64,000 nt of DNA from the NCBI GenBank assembly GCA_030390025.1, contig CM059426.1, positions 34,658,001 through 34,722,000 on the forward strand. The letters run 5' to 3'. The first letter of the stretch is position 1. Each line of letters starts with the position of its first letter. Shown piece by piece: positions 24,889-38,270 of the stretch. The position numbers were made by a program, and so were the translations under genes. The notes under the pieces were generated by a model. That model was not told where the DNA came from. It did not search any database and saw nothing but the letters and a program-made list of their open reading frames with translations. The stretch is from Squalus acanthias (taxonomy: Eukaryota).

Positions 24889-27800
24889 TGTTGGTCCCTG
24901 GAATCCGAGCTCATCCCTATTGTGTGTGTTTGGACGCATAGAATTTTATTTGTCTGCAATTGGGGACTATTTAATATAATGTAATTAACATTTCCATTTT
25001 TGAAAGACTGTTCAATGCATTGCTCTTAAATCTTCTTTAATACCCAGTAGGCGCGATTATGGAATTCTACCCTACAAGACAAATAAGTCAAAGTAATCTT
25101 TGATCATATTGGGAGAGCTCATTTTATTTCAATATATATGGAAAAATACTCTTGCATTCCCTGGCAAATATGTAACTGTTGAAATCCATACGGCGCCGAG
25201 AGCCATAATTTAACCTTCGCACCTCAAAAGGACAATGGAAGCAACATCTATTACAATGTCTAATTCGATTCGATATATTTATTTGACTACGTAACGTGAA
25301 CTCGCTCGTAAATATGTAGATTTGGAGGAGATAAATTTTTTTTTCGCGCGTTGGGGCAATCAGTGATACGTGGCTATATTTCAATGAATTATCAGTATGG
25401 ATTAGAGGAAAAATATAGCTCGGGTTTGTACGATATTTCGCATTTATTTTAACATGCAAATATAAACTTTGTGTTGTGTTTGCTTTAAGTGAAAATATCA
25501 GCACCATTTATTATATACAATGTTTTCATCACTGCTGTCATTATCCGCTTAAACAAATCAGGGACGATGTTGTCAACCAAGGCCATGTGCTGTAATTGCT
25601 GTAATTACTTCTTTCAATTAAACTTGGCTTTTCCCTGCATTTAGTGGAGAAACTCTATCCTTATACAGTGAGCCACAAAAAACGCGGTGCACATCGTGTA
25701 TGTAGTAACCGACTGCGTGTATTTCGCTAACATTCTTTTAATTTTTTTTCTCAACATTTATGCTTTCACTTATCACACAACTTCCAGATTGATTAGGAAA
25801 TCAAAATTCTTAAAATTATAAGCAATTTGATTGCTTTTCATTTCTGGGGTTGCAACAGATATGAAAAAAATGCAATTATTTTAAATCATGTCACCATGCC
25901 AGAAAATACAAAACATGTTGAAATATTTGAGATCACAGGTTGCCAAGTTCGCGGGTACAACCGTACTAGAATTAAATCTATTCAATCGATATAGGTGATG
26001 ATCAGAGTAGGCCTATCTGAATCGTGTTGTAGCCATTAGCTTCTGAATTCAGCTGTGCTGCTGACCTGAAAGAGGTGGAAGAGACATTTTGAAAACGGCC
26101 TTGAAATAGTCACCCCGACTATCCGTCTGTTTGTCTGTCCCTGTATCTATAACATTATGTTCATGACTGTATTTTCGGTAAAAGCTGACAGTAAATGATT
26201 GCTGATTCAACAAAATTCAAAACGCAAGCAAAGCCACACAAGCAGGCTGACAGGAAAAAAAATAATGATGTTATAATTTGGTGTTTGCATTTAATGCATG
26301 TTTTATTTGATTGCATTATTATCAATGAATTTCACCCCACATCCCTCAGGTAGGCGATCAATTCTGATTTGAATAATTAAACTGTTTATTGCCCAGCTGA
26401 TTTGGTATTTACAAACACAATGCACAAAAAAAAGAACAACCTTGGCAATAAAGTAAACATTGAAAAAATAATCTGTTTTATATAAATCAACCCATTGTGC
26501 GGGCTCTGTGCATTACCCCATCTCTGCTGCGGAAAATGACTTCAGAGATTCGTACCGCACGCGCATGATTTCGGAAGGTATATATTCTTACAACACCTTA
26601 TTAACTCCAGCTAAATACAGACCAGGAGATTTTTAAAAAGACCAGAAGGACAACAACATTTCATCCAACCACTTGAGGCGAGTACAGTGTGGGTTTTCTG
26701 GTGTGAACGATATTGCTAATTTTTGAAACATTTTATTTGTTAAAAGATTTTTTTTTTAAATGTGCCGTAGCTGGATTCTCTTTCTTTATTTTGTCTGAAG
26801 ATATAATATGCTTACTGGCAGTGCTTTGAAAAGAAGCCCAGAAGCCGCAGATATGAATTATTAATGGAAATCTCTGCATGACCGGTTGCTTGCTGCAACG
26901 TCACCCTTGCCTCGGTTTTAACCAGGCAAAATCTGGGGACTCATTCGCCGCTGGAGCTGATAGCCTTGTCAACCAGTATCTTTCTCTCTCGCGACGGCTC
27001 CATAAATGATTTATATTTAGAACGCCCACTTGGAGAGAATGATAAATAAAAAGGAATCGCTTCTGAGATGCAAGAGCGTCTGAATGCCGAATGCCATCTG
27101 TAAAACCAATAAATTCGCTGCCATACCGACACCAGCGTGTCTCTGTTAATCCCGGAGTTTTATTTCCAGTCACTCGGATCAGTTGTTAGTTGTTGTTGTT
27201 GCTGCAATTGGCAAATTAATAATTGAAACCCTCCCGCACCTGATGTTTGCCTCTGGCAGCCCCTTGTGTGAGAGAGTAACACCTTCCTAATGTTCATTAA
27301 TATAAGAGGATTCCTAGGAGCACTGAGGGCAAGGAAAGATATACTGGGGGGGGGGGGGGGGGGTGAGAGTGGAAGGAAAGAAATGAAACAGTGGCATTTA
27401 TTTTTATCAACAGTATTTAAATAATGTGGTTATGTCACTATATAAAAAAATCTGTGTATATGGACGTGGATCGATGAGGATAATCTTTAGAAGATTAAAA
27501 GGGCATTAATGCTGGCAACAATAACATAAACCTAAGGACCCGGTTAGACATTGATTTGGAACCTGATCCGACGTTGTTCCAGTAAAGCTGCCATAGTCTT
27601 CCCGGCATTGTCGTCCACATTATCTTCCCTTTGTCTCCTGGTAGTTTGAGTTCCCTCCTCGCTACCATTTTAAAGAGATTTAGTTCACAGCCCATGACAA
27701 TGATAGCTCACGTGTTTTTTTTAAACAGTAGTACTATATTTTATTATCGATTTTTTTTTCCTTTTTGCATTATGACCAAAGGTGTAACGGTGTTATTGTT

Positions 27801-30800
27801 CATTTTGCTGATGTGGGCAGATAACGATTTAAAGAGTTCCTCTAAAACATTCTTAAAGTAAGTTTGTCAGCATGTAACATACAAATGACACAGGAAATTG
27901 ACGTATTTTTTAAATGTCCTTGAATCAGGTCTTACTGATGAATGTTTTTCTTTTGCGAGACTATGTTGATCTTATTAAGAGCCGACAATGATACTGACAT
28001 GTGACCTCAGATACAGTATTCCACTTTAACTCAAATTAATTCATTAAAGTTAGAATCAATGCCCCAGTATTGTCCACAAACAAAAACCGCCAAGAGGATT
28101 ATTTACTGTGTTTCTGTCTGAGGTACTAATATATATATATATATATATAAGGACTTATCTAGGTGGAAAACTTAATACGCATGCCAGAGACCGCGTGTTA
28201 AGTGACAGGAACCCAATTAGCGCAGCAAATTGCAATTCAAAACGATTGGGCATCTGGAGTGTGTAAACCTCGCCGGCACGGCGTACGTTCGACGCTTCAG
28301 CACGGTGAAGGCTGCATTCCAACATCCTTGTTTAAATGCAGATTCAGACGTGTCTCTGATGTAAAAGACCGTCAGTTAAAAAAAACTTCTTGCGTTTAAG
28401 CATTAATCACACACTCTTCTGGGACCTCGAAATAGGTATCATTAGGAATCAACGGCAGTGTAGGAAGAGATTATGTTCCAGTCCGGGGGGGGGGTGGGCA
28501 GACGCTGCCCTCCCATCATCCTATAATACTGAATACAGTTACAGCTTCCAAGTGCTGTTGGATGCAATTACCATTTAAAATTAGTGCAGAAATCTCAGCG
28601 AAGGCTTGAGTACATCTTTCTGATTATATTCACAGATACAATAGAAATCGTCAATCTCCTGGCAATTGAATATTTTGCTGTTAGATTCAACATTTACAAT
28701 AGACGTTATTTTGACTTGAATAGTATTTGTTTTAGCAACCCACTTAATACGAACCTAATCGGACTTGATGGTTACAGATTCTATGTCTGTTAGTTGAGCT
28801 CAGATCGTAATTATAGTCCCCACACCGGTAGCCCCATGTTTTGGAAAATATAATCCATTGTTTCTTATTTATTATATTTGCAACTATTTTCTTTTTTTAA
28901 ACATAACTTTATGTCTAGCTCAAAATGTGTGAATGATTCCTATTTCGTTAGCCAGGCACTGCAGTAAATACTGGCGCTGAGTTCACTCTTTCAGGACAAA
29001 GCACTTTCTAATGGTTTGAAATTCTTCCTAACATTTAACATCATCATGTTCTGTACCAATATATTAATTTGTCACGAAATACAAATAATTGTATTGTATA
29101 TTCTTCGGGAAACCTCGACGAATCTGCAAAATATATCAATTTAAATGTTAAAGAGCAAAATGTCCATGGAGACCACGTTTGGAAAATTATTTATAAATTT
29201 TAAAATCATCTAACTAAAGCTCAATTCGCAAACATAAAATGTATCTGTTCAGATACGGAGCAGATTTTTTTTTTAACCAAAGATTATTTTCGCTGCAGTG
29301 TTTGGGGGTTACTTAAGTACGAAGAGTGGAGCGATGTCAAACGTTATACATGTGGGCTATACATTATATACAAATTTTAATAACATAATTGTATATCGAT
29401 ATTTATTGTTCTCCTGGGATCTTCCCTTCTCACAAGGACATGTAACACAATCTGAGAAAATAACCGAGTGCAATGTACATGGTACCGGCATTTTGCTCAT
29501 GTTTACGAATAGTTTCTTAACTCTGGTCCAATAGAACTCCATAGCTTGACTTACACACAATTGGTGTCCTCTCTCTTGTTTGTGCACAACGTCCTTTTAA
29601 GGATGTATAATTAAAATATAATCCTAAATAAAAATTTATATTAAAAAACAATACAGTAGAGTCCCAAGTTAGTGTAGCGTGGAGTGAAGCCCTTATCATT
29701 GCCGTGACGATCACAATCTTTGCACTGTAAGTGATTTAAGATATTGCGGCTCCCCTTGTAAAATTCAGTTCTATCCTTGACATTGAGAATTTCTTGATAA
29801 GGATCAGCTCTCGTGTTTATTCTGACAAATTTGACAATCTTTTCAGGGTTGATTTATGTCGCATACAAGTAAAAAAAAATGTTCTTTTCCCCCACGCGCC
29901 TGCTCATTCTGAATGTTGCTGTTTTCTACCGATTGCTTATTTCTTAATTTCGAATTTGCTAGCGAAACGTGTTTCTGAATATCAATCCTCCTTGGGTTTA
30001 TTGGACGGAGCGCCGCGTTCTTCTGCTTTTTTTTCCTTCTTTCCAAGAGCTCTATCACAAAGAACTTTGCTCTCTCAGACCGCGGGTCAGTGCAAACAAG
30101 CCTTTGTTTTATTTGTGGTGTTAGTGACTCGCTGACATCGATTTTCATTTTGTCACAACCCGAGTAAAAAACAATGGAGAAGTCGCCCAGAGAAGCTCCC
30201 CATTTGAGGTTTTATCAGCAACGACATTCATTTGATATAGGAATAGGGAAAACCTTCGCCATCGATCGCATTGATCCAGCCTTTCCCTTTAAGGAAACCG
30301 CACGTTTAAAGAAGCTCTTGCATAGATTTACTGTTTACCCGGATGCTGTTCTTTTTAATACTGTATTGTCATTCGATTTGTTATTGCTGGGAAATACAAG
30401 AACACCTAAAACAAGTGTTCTACAAGCAGGAGGCACAGGGCAGACAATGACAGAGGGGCGTCATTACCACAAGGTTTTTGAGGATAGGGCAATGCACCAA
30501 TATACGCACCGTCCTAATATGCTTTGCTGTTGAAGTTGTAGCATTCTTATTACGTTTAATCTTTATATTATTTTACTTTATATTAATTCTATATACATTG
30601 TAGATTATAGACATGTATTATGAGTCGTATACTGTGTATGTCAGTTGCAATCAATATGCATTATGGATAATATACAGCATTTATACAATACACAGTATAT
30701 ATAGTATAATCATTAAATAATAGGTTATTCAATCATATATCGTGCACACTGTGTGTATAGTACAGATTACAGGCAGGATAAACACATATATGCGCTATCC

Positions 30801-33021
30801 GTTAGTTAACATCCATACATTATGATGGAACATATAGTGTATGTGCACATTATAGTTTAATATTCTATATGTAACATACGTTGTATATATTACATATTTA
30901 CACACGCACATTTCTATTTGCTGTATATTTCAGTAAAAGAATAATGGAAACGCAGCATTTAGTTACTCACTTTTATTCATTTTAAACTTATCTTCATCAC
31001 TTTTTGTCGAGGGAAATCTAACAGGCGAATAATTTAGAACTTAAAGTGGCGATGCAGTCAGCAAAAATATCAGAGCTAAAACTGAACACTCACGTCTGTT
31101 AATTATGTCCGCAAACTTTACTATAATGCCAGACATTTTATGGGTCGCTTATAGCTATGTGTCTAGATCAAATATAGGTGCAATATATACATAAAGATGT
31201 ATTTAGATATTAGTTTTAAATGATTTCTGTTTACAAAATACATTCCAATAAAACGTGGATGAAGAACACGTGATCAAATACTTAATACTTACTATTTCTC
31301 TATTTAAACATTGTGGAAAAGTCATCCGACACAGTGAAAACCCTGTTTGTATTAATGACCATATACCGCTTGACGCTGGTTGCTTTAAAGTCAAGCAAGA
31401 TGAATGGAGTTTAATGTAAACACAACTGCTTTGTGTAAATTTCGTATCATCGGTTCGTAGGGTCCTGGTTTCTTTTTCTTTTGTTCCACTCATTTAAATA
31501 AGAAGGTGACGGCCATAAAGTTTCGTATCTGCCGCGTTAGTTTTACCTATCGGTAGGAAAAACCAACACAGGTTTGATTCGAATTACAAATACACGCAGT
31601 CCTTGAACATTAAAAAGAGCGAGTGAGAGAGAGAGAGAGAGAGAGGAAGGGGGCGTCTGTGATGATCCCAGCCTGCGCTGTTTAACTTCACAGGTAATTA
31701 GAAGCCATTATTGATTTTTTCATTTGTAATCCTAATGGGATGCGTGGTTTTGCAATCCCCGTCTTCTGAACTCACGTATGGTTAGATAGTTATGCAACAG
31801 CAAAACGACATTGAAACACCACCCCCCTATAATAGCAGGTTAGAATGAATGTACAAGATAACCGAGCAAGGTAGAACATATCTTGCAAATACATATACTG
31901 AAAAGACAAAGAGACGAAGAAGGGGAGAGAACTACAGAGATCTCATAGATAGAGACAGAAAGCGAGAGGACCGACGCAGATGAACAGGAAAGACAGACAT
32001 GGCCGTATCACAGACAGACTTAGAGAGCTAGGCAGAAATTGGACAAGACAAGTGGTCTGACGAAAAAAAGCGATGGCTGTGCCGCTCTTGCAGACCAAGG
32101 GCAGAGACATCCAGGTAGCGAACTGAAACCCTGTTCATTCACCGGTGGGATTTTTAAATGTTGAAGGATTGGTGTTTTGCACTTTGGATTAGAAGAAAAC
32201 GTGCGGGCGGACGGGATAAAAATAACAGGTACCGTGTGTTATTTGTAAGATTTTAAAAGTTAGCATATTAATTATACATACAAATCCTATTTTTATTACA
32301 ACAGTATTATCAGTGCATTTTGTAAGTCTTTATTTTCCTTGGGTCTTTGACGTGATGTTTTCACAAACGAACCTCATCAAACTGACAGAATTGGAACAAT
32401 TTTACGAACTAATAATGTCAAAATGGGAGGCGATCTCGTTGTTTAACCTGGAATGAATGTGGCTGCAGCAAAATGCTCTCAACAATCACATCTCAGGCTC
32501 GGGGTTACCACTCTACAGCAGTGTGCCTGAGCACAACCACACCGTCTAAAGAGGAGCGTACAACCGCTTCACCAGTTTTAGATAAATAAGGAGAATTAAA
32601 AAAAATGCCTAGAAATTAAAATCCCTAGCGATCATTTTTTGTAAATGCTGTGGCTTGTTGGAAGGTGTCAGACCGAATGTAATAGACGGGGCCTTGTTTT
32701 TGTTTACGATTAAAGCGTCAGTATTCAAGATCTGACATTCCCAACTGAACCGTCCACCGAAACAATCCCACTAAAGTAAACATTGCGTCTCTCTGGTCTA
32801 TTTCGAGAATAAACGGCAATTGTTTTTTTTAAATACAGAACATAAAAACAATTTAAGGAGCACTGTGCGAGTTAATGGGTTTATTAGTCTGCTACTGAGT
32901 TCAAAGGGCAAGGTTCAACGATGGTGCAGGCTAATTGATTCATTTGCAACATGTTTCTATGGTTGCAAATTGTTGGAGAAATTGCAGGAATTACTGCTTT
33001 CACACTGGCATATGCAGATTG

Positions 33022-33052
<31 letters not shown>

Positions 33053-36000
33053 GTCATTAATCCGGCGTCTGACGTCCGTGTTTTTAACCCTTTACTGTTG
33101 TTATTCTAGTGCACAGGGGTGGATTGTGCAGGTGCTAGGCCTAGTTAGGAAGCAAGATGAATTAATCGCCACATTAGTGGATGTAATTAGCGTTTAAACA
33201 GCGTCATCAGATTGACTTGATTGACTGTTGAGTCTGACTGAGAAATGTGTGCTAGCGCGCTACCCGTACTGGGGATGCGTGTTATACCACTGGCATGTGT
33301 TGATACTGGTTTACTGCAGTTGTACTCAGCGATTTGCGTAACTGCGTTACATGTATTATAAATCATTTTAAAACATATAATCCGGAATAGAGGATGGAAA
33401 TAAAGGATGGCAATAGCAGGATGCTGCATTTCCGAACACCGATTCTGAATTTGAGTGAAACTGTTCAAAATATGTAGAAAGCCAAAGTAAATAAACAAGT
33501 TCAGAATACATATGTAATGGAATAATACCAATGGTGAAAATGTTGCAGTATTTGACTTATAGACAACTTTACTCAAACACCTTCCAAACAAATAATGCAG
33601 GGAACAGGGTAATAGGAGGTTGTTTTTTTAAAAAAAAACGAGATCCTTGTTCTGGCTGTAGGATATGTTTAAAAGCGCCTGTCATTCCAACAGCAATTAG
33701 AGCCCAACAATTGCAAATATTTGTGTTTAATTTGTTCCGGTCGATTTAAAAGACATTTTCAAATATATTTTGCCATTCACATCGAATTAAATCACATTCT
33801 AGTTATAGGCTATGTCACATCAGTGCATCTTTCCGGGTTGGGATGGGAGGGGGAGGAGGTTCAATTGTAAAAATTTGCAAAATTACTTTCATGGAAATAA
33901 TACGTGACCTCCTCACATGATTTCCAACTGTTAGATATTAGTTATTATCTGATGGTCAGTCTCTGCGAATGTGTGCTGGGCATTGTGCCCGGCCGGGGTT
34001 CGTGTCTGTACTTGATAATGACTAGAGTTTCAACTGAGAAATAAAACGCAGCAAACTATTTTTAATGTCGTATTTAGCAATACGCTCGCGCGGAAGTCTG
34101 AGTAAAACTAAAACCAGGTCTTGTAAAATCTCATCCCGATACGCGAAGAGCTCGTGTCTGACAGCTAAAGCGTATAATTAATCGACTGACTGATTGATTA
34201 ACTGATTAATTCGATGGCGTAACGCGAGCTATCTTTTTATTAGCATTCGTGTTAATGGTGCTTGTTGACATGTCTAACGGTTTAGTTTGTTTTGGAAACT
34301 GGTTACATGCGTGTGGCTTTATTTTTCGTTTGGGTTCCGTTCTTTGGATTAGAGGAATGGCCATCGACAGCTACTTTATTGTGACACTGGCGGTCTTCCT
34401 GTGACGCAGTTGTTGGCATGCTTGTTTGCCACCACTGAGGTCAGCAATTTAATGGATGGATCCCGAAAGGGTCAGAGCCCAGTCCTGACATTAGTTTTCC
34501 CGGAGAGAATTGTCCCGGGTCAAGTCAAAATGTCCTGAGTTTTAAAAAAAAATAAAGCCTTGACATTTCCGGCTCTTTGAGAGCTTTGAAAAGATATTGC
34601 AAGCCCGCGACAGAATTAAGCACCGCTTCCCATTCCCCGCCTCGTCCCGTTGCATTTTTTTGTGAATTTTCCCTCTCTCCCGCAAACAAAACTGACATTC
34701 TGTTTGACACACTTTAAATTGCGAACTGCGGTGTTTGACCTTTGCAAAATCTACATTCATTGTAATAATTAGGGAGTGCAGAAATCGCCACGACTAGGAA
34801 ATCTTTCACAACTTTCTCCAATCATAGTCTCCAGACCCCAGCTTGAAGGATCTTTGGAACTATTTCATCTTTAATTCCACTCTTAAATATCTACTGGAAT
34901 GGATCTGTTTTTTTAAAAAAAAGTGTTCCTACCAATAAATTAAACATAATTGCCACGGCTAACCTGGCGTGAAGGCAGTGAGTAGCTTAGCAATAGAGAC
35001 CAGGCCGATCCGAGTCTCCATCCCTGATCTGTGCTGAGTTAGCTGTTTCTCAGCTGAGGCCGCAGTACTGATGAAGCTACGGTTGACTTCCGTGCCCTTG
35101 AGTTTGAAAAGAAAAAAAAAATTCGGCCAGAGTTGCCGCTCTTCATCACTACCCAGTGCCCCTTGCTGGAAGTGTGAATGTTGGGCAAGGACAGGATTGA
35201 GCACAGCAGTGATGCCACCCAAGGCTCAAACATGAAGATTGAGGTACCATGATATCATGACACTGTACCCAAGTCAGGAATCAATGCATTCAGAAGGAGG
35301 AAGAGAGCTTAAAAATGGCCGATAAAGGAGATTTTTTCTCTAACACACACACACACACACAATCACTGAGGACACAGAGCTGTGGTATTGTATTCGTTCC
35401 TGTCTGCTGTCCACGATAGTCAGCTTGTGCAATTCATACGGTGACAACTTGTGTTCATTAACGAGTTGGATAAATGTTGATAACTAGCACACATAACCTA
35501 CAGATAGCCCCTGCTTTCTGCTACTGTCAGTGCAGTTTAGTCTATCAGTGATGGCAGTAGCTGATTTCCGAGGCCCGTCCATGCTGAATAATAATTACCT
35601 CTAATATTTACTCACTGCCATCGGATCATGTTAGGAATAACTTATTGACCAATTGGAGTTACGCCATCGCCGAACTTTACTCGTGGAGTTGATCAATAAC
35701 CAAGAGCCGATAACCATCTTGATTAGCCGACCAGTGTTGACATTCCTAATGTATGGATACTGATACAATTCTTCTTTTAGTTAATCATATTCTTAAAAAA
35801 TAATATTGCCTAATTTGATGCAGCACAATGCATTTATATTCTTCATTGAAATTCAGTTCAGTCGAGGTTTGGGTAAAGTGATAACATTAGACGGGAGTCA
35901 ATGCTTATATAGGCCGCTCGACCGTATTTATGATTTTCATCTATATTATTCATGGCGATTAGTCATTCAAGTCCTGCTTTTACATTTTTCAGGTGCGGTT

Positions 36001-36244
36001 TCTGTGGGAAACTGCAGTAAGGATTTGTGTGTTATTACCTTCCCCATCTTCGTGGTTTATTAGTAATGACGATAAAATCTGAGGCGGCCCCTTGATCCTC
36101 GGTTGATTATTCACAGTGCTTGTCAATCATTAGTGATAGAATAAGCTTTTGTAGTTATTCTACAGTGTATCTGAGATCAGTTTCGCTTGCATGGTAACAC
36201 TGCAGCGGGACACAGAGCTGTCCATGAGAATTGCGTGTACAACA

Positions 36245-36260
36245 CTGCCATCTTCTGGCC
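36245..36260 (-). promoter_or_regulatory. CTCF-like motif
   Basis: Minus strand GGCCAGAAGATGGCAG(TG) resembles the core consensus CCASYAGRKGGCRS. Confidence 0.5.
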
Positions 36261-36455
36261 AGAGACCCTTGACACATCGCGGGGGCAATAAAATATTACT
36301 TTTCTAACATTAAAAATCAATAGTAATTACGTTTTCTGGAAGCTTCACAGATATGGTATTTAACATACAGCGTGGAAAGATATATGTACTGTTAACACAA
36401 TTTCAGAAAAAAGGAAGAGATAAAACGAACAATTGCTCCCAATTACAGCTGTCAG

Positions 36456-36476
36456 TTCAGCACCGCGGACAGGTCC
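36456..36476 (+). promoter_or_regulatory. Canonical RE1/NRSE (REST-binding) element in the ONECUT2 intron
   Basis: TTCAGCACCGCGGACAGGTCC versus consensus TTCAGCACCNNGGACAGCGCC. Confidence 0.8.
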
Positions 36477-37019
36477 TCGAAGAGTGTCCGGATCCCGGAA
36501 AATAGCTGATCCACAGGGCGCTGTGAAACTGTATTTGTAAAAGAATGGTGATGGCATCTCAGTTGCTCATAGCTTCATAAAAAAAAGATAGTCTGGTCTG
36601 TTGTGCATTAAGTCTATATTATATCTGATTGTTGTTAAGGTGAATTGGAATAGGTGCAGAAATACCCTTCAAAACGATTCACTTCCCCCTACTTTCTCCA
36701 TTCCTCTTCTGAAAGCGTTGCGTAATGCTGGAACATATTTAAATGAGTGTTGGCTGCCTGGTCCAAGTCGCCATTCTGCACCCGTAAACACTGTCAGTGT
36801 GCGCCCATTTATGCCATTCGACCAGGTCACAGCAGAAGATAAGCCTTACTCACCGCAAACTCTCCCCGGCAGAAGTCGGTGTATAGGAACAGGAACGCCA
36901 AATTATTTTACCCATTCCAAACCCAAGAGCACTGAGGCCAGTAAAGCCTCTGCTGCTGATCCGGATCAGACTCCGGATCCAATCTAAGATACTCTCTGTT
37001 TTTTCTTCCTCCTCTCTCG

Positions 37020-37140
37020 GGATACTTGGCTGCCAGGGGGTTAGGAAGTGCCCAGTCATGATGCTCCAGCCATCATGAGTGTGGAGCAGGCTTGATGGAC
37101 CAGCTGGTATTTTCCTGTCCGTCATTTTCGTATGTTTCGT
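37020..37140 (+). mobile_element. CR1-type 3' tail fragment
   Basis: GTGTGGAGCAGGCTTGATGGACCAGCTGGTATTTTCCTGTCCGTCATTTTCGTATGTTTCGTA resembles a CR1 hairpin and tail. Confidence 0.5.
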
Positions 37141-37564
37141 ACATCTTATTGGCCCATATCCAAGAATGTGCAATCCCAGCAGATGGGAGCCAGCGTTTTC
37201 ACATGACACCACTTGACTTCCCAGTAATGCTGGTAGGCTGCAGCCCAATTAAGGCCAATCTTTTGTTCAAAGAGATCGGTCATCTAAAAAATTATTGGAA
37301 GTTATAGGATCTGATCCACGTATCCCCTGGGTTCAAAACATTAACTGGACCCTGGACCCTACCAGAACTAGCTCGGATGTGGGGCGGCGGTGGAGGCAGC
37401 CACATTACCCGTTCACGGTAGCTATCCAGTGATTCTTGGAAATTATACACATGGGCATCAGGGAAGAAGAGGTGGAAAAGCCAACCAATGTTAATGCTTA
37501 CACATTAATAATGGTTAGGGTACCAGAGGGCACACAAATGGCAGAGAAATTAAACAAATACTTT

Positions 37565-38270
37565 GGGCTGGATTTTGATACTGGGGCGGGTTGGGATCGT
37601 GTCATCCACTTTTCGTGTTATCCACCCGACTGCAATTGGATGTGGGAGATTGATGCAATTTTCACCTAATTGGGCAATTGAGTTCCAGCATATGGGAACC
37701 CATGAACCAATTAGTGTTTTCAGTCTGAAAGTCGCCTCTGATGATGTCATCATTGCTGCTGCATTGAAGGTCTTCAGAGACTGCCTGGCCTTTGCTGTGA
37801 GAGGACCTGCAAAATGAGCAGCAGCAGCCCTAAGTCTGCTCCCAGATATTTTAATTTTTACACCACCACTCCCAGATATGTCTCCTCTCCATCCATCCAT
37901 ATATACATCCATCCACATAGCTATCCATATATGCATAGCCAGCCAGCCAGCGTGCGTCAGCTATCGAAATGTGCTCCCGCTAAGTTTCACATTCATGGTT
38001 CAGAACAGGCGTGCTTCACGTAGAAAAAGGGTTAAAATCACAAAGGCCTTTCAAAATGGCATTATAGAGGCAATTTAGTGCTTGTTAAGGGCCTTAACAG
38101 CCTATCCCGCCTCTTAGAGGCGGGACGGAGTCGGGACCAGCAGACACGATTTAATGAAAATTGCGTGGAGGCGGGATGGAGGTGGACTTGTGCCCACCCG
38201 CCAGTTTTCGCAATTTTAACCCCCCACACGCCTCCAAACCCGCCTCCACGGGTCAATGAAAATCCAGCCC
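37565..38270. mobile_element. Non-autonomous DNA transposon (MITE, PIF/Harbinger-like) nested in a CR1
   Basis: Perfect 12-bp TIRs GGGCTGGATTTT (37565-37576) / AAAATCCAGCCC (38259-38270), flanked by TTT on both sides; the flanks rejoin into CR1 sequence. Confidence 0.8.
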
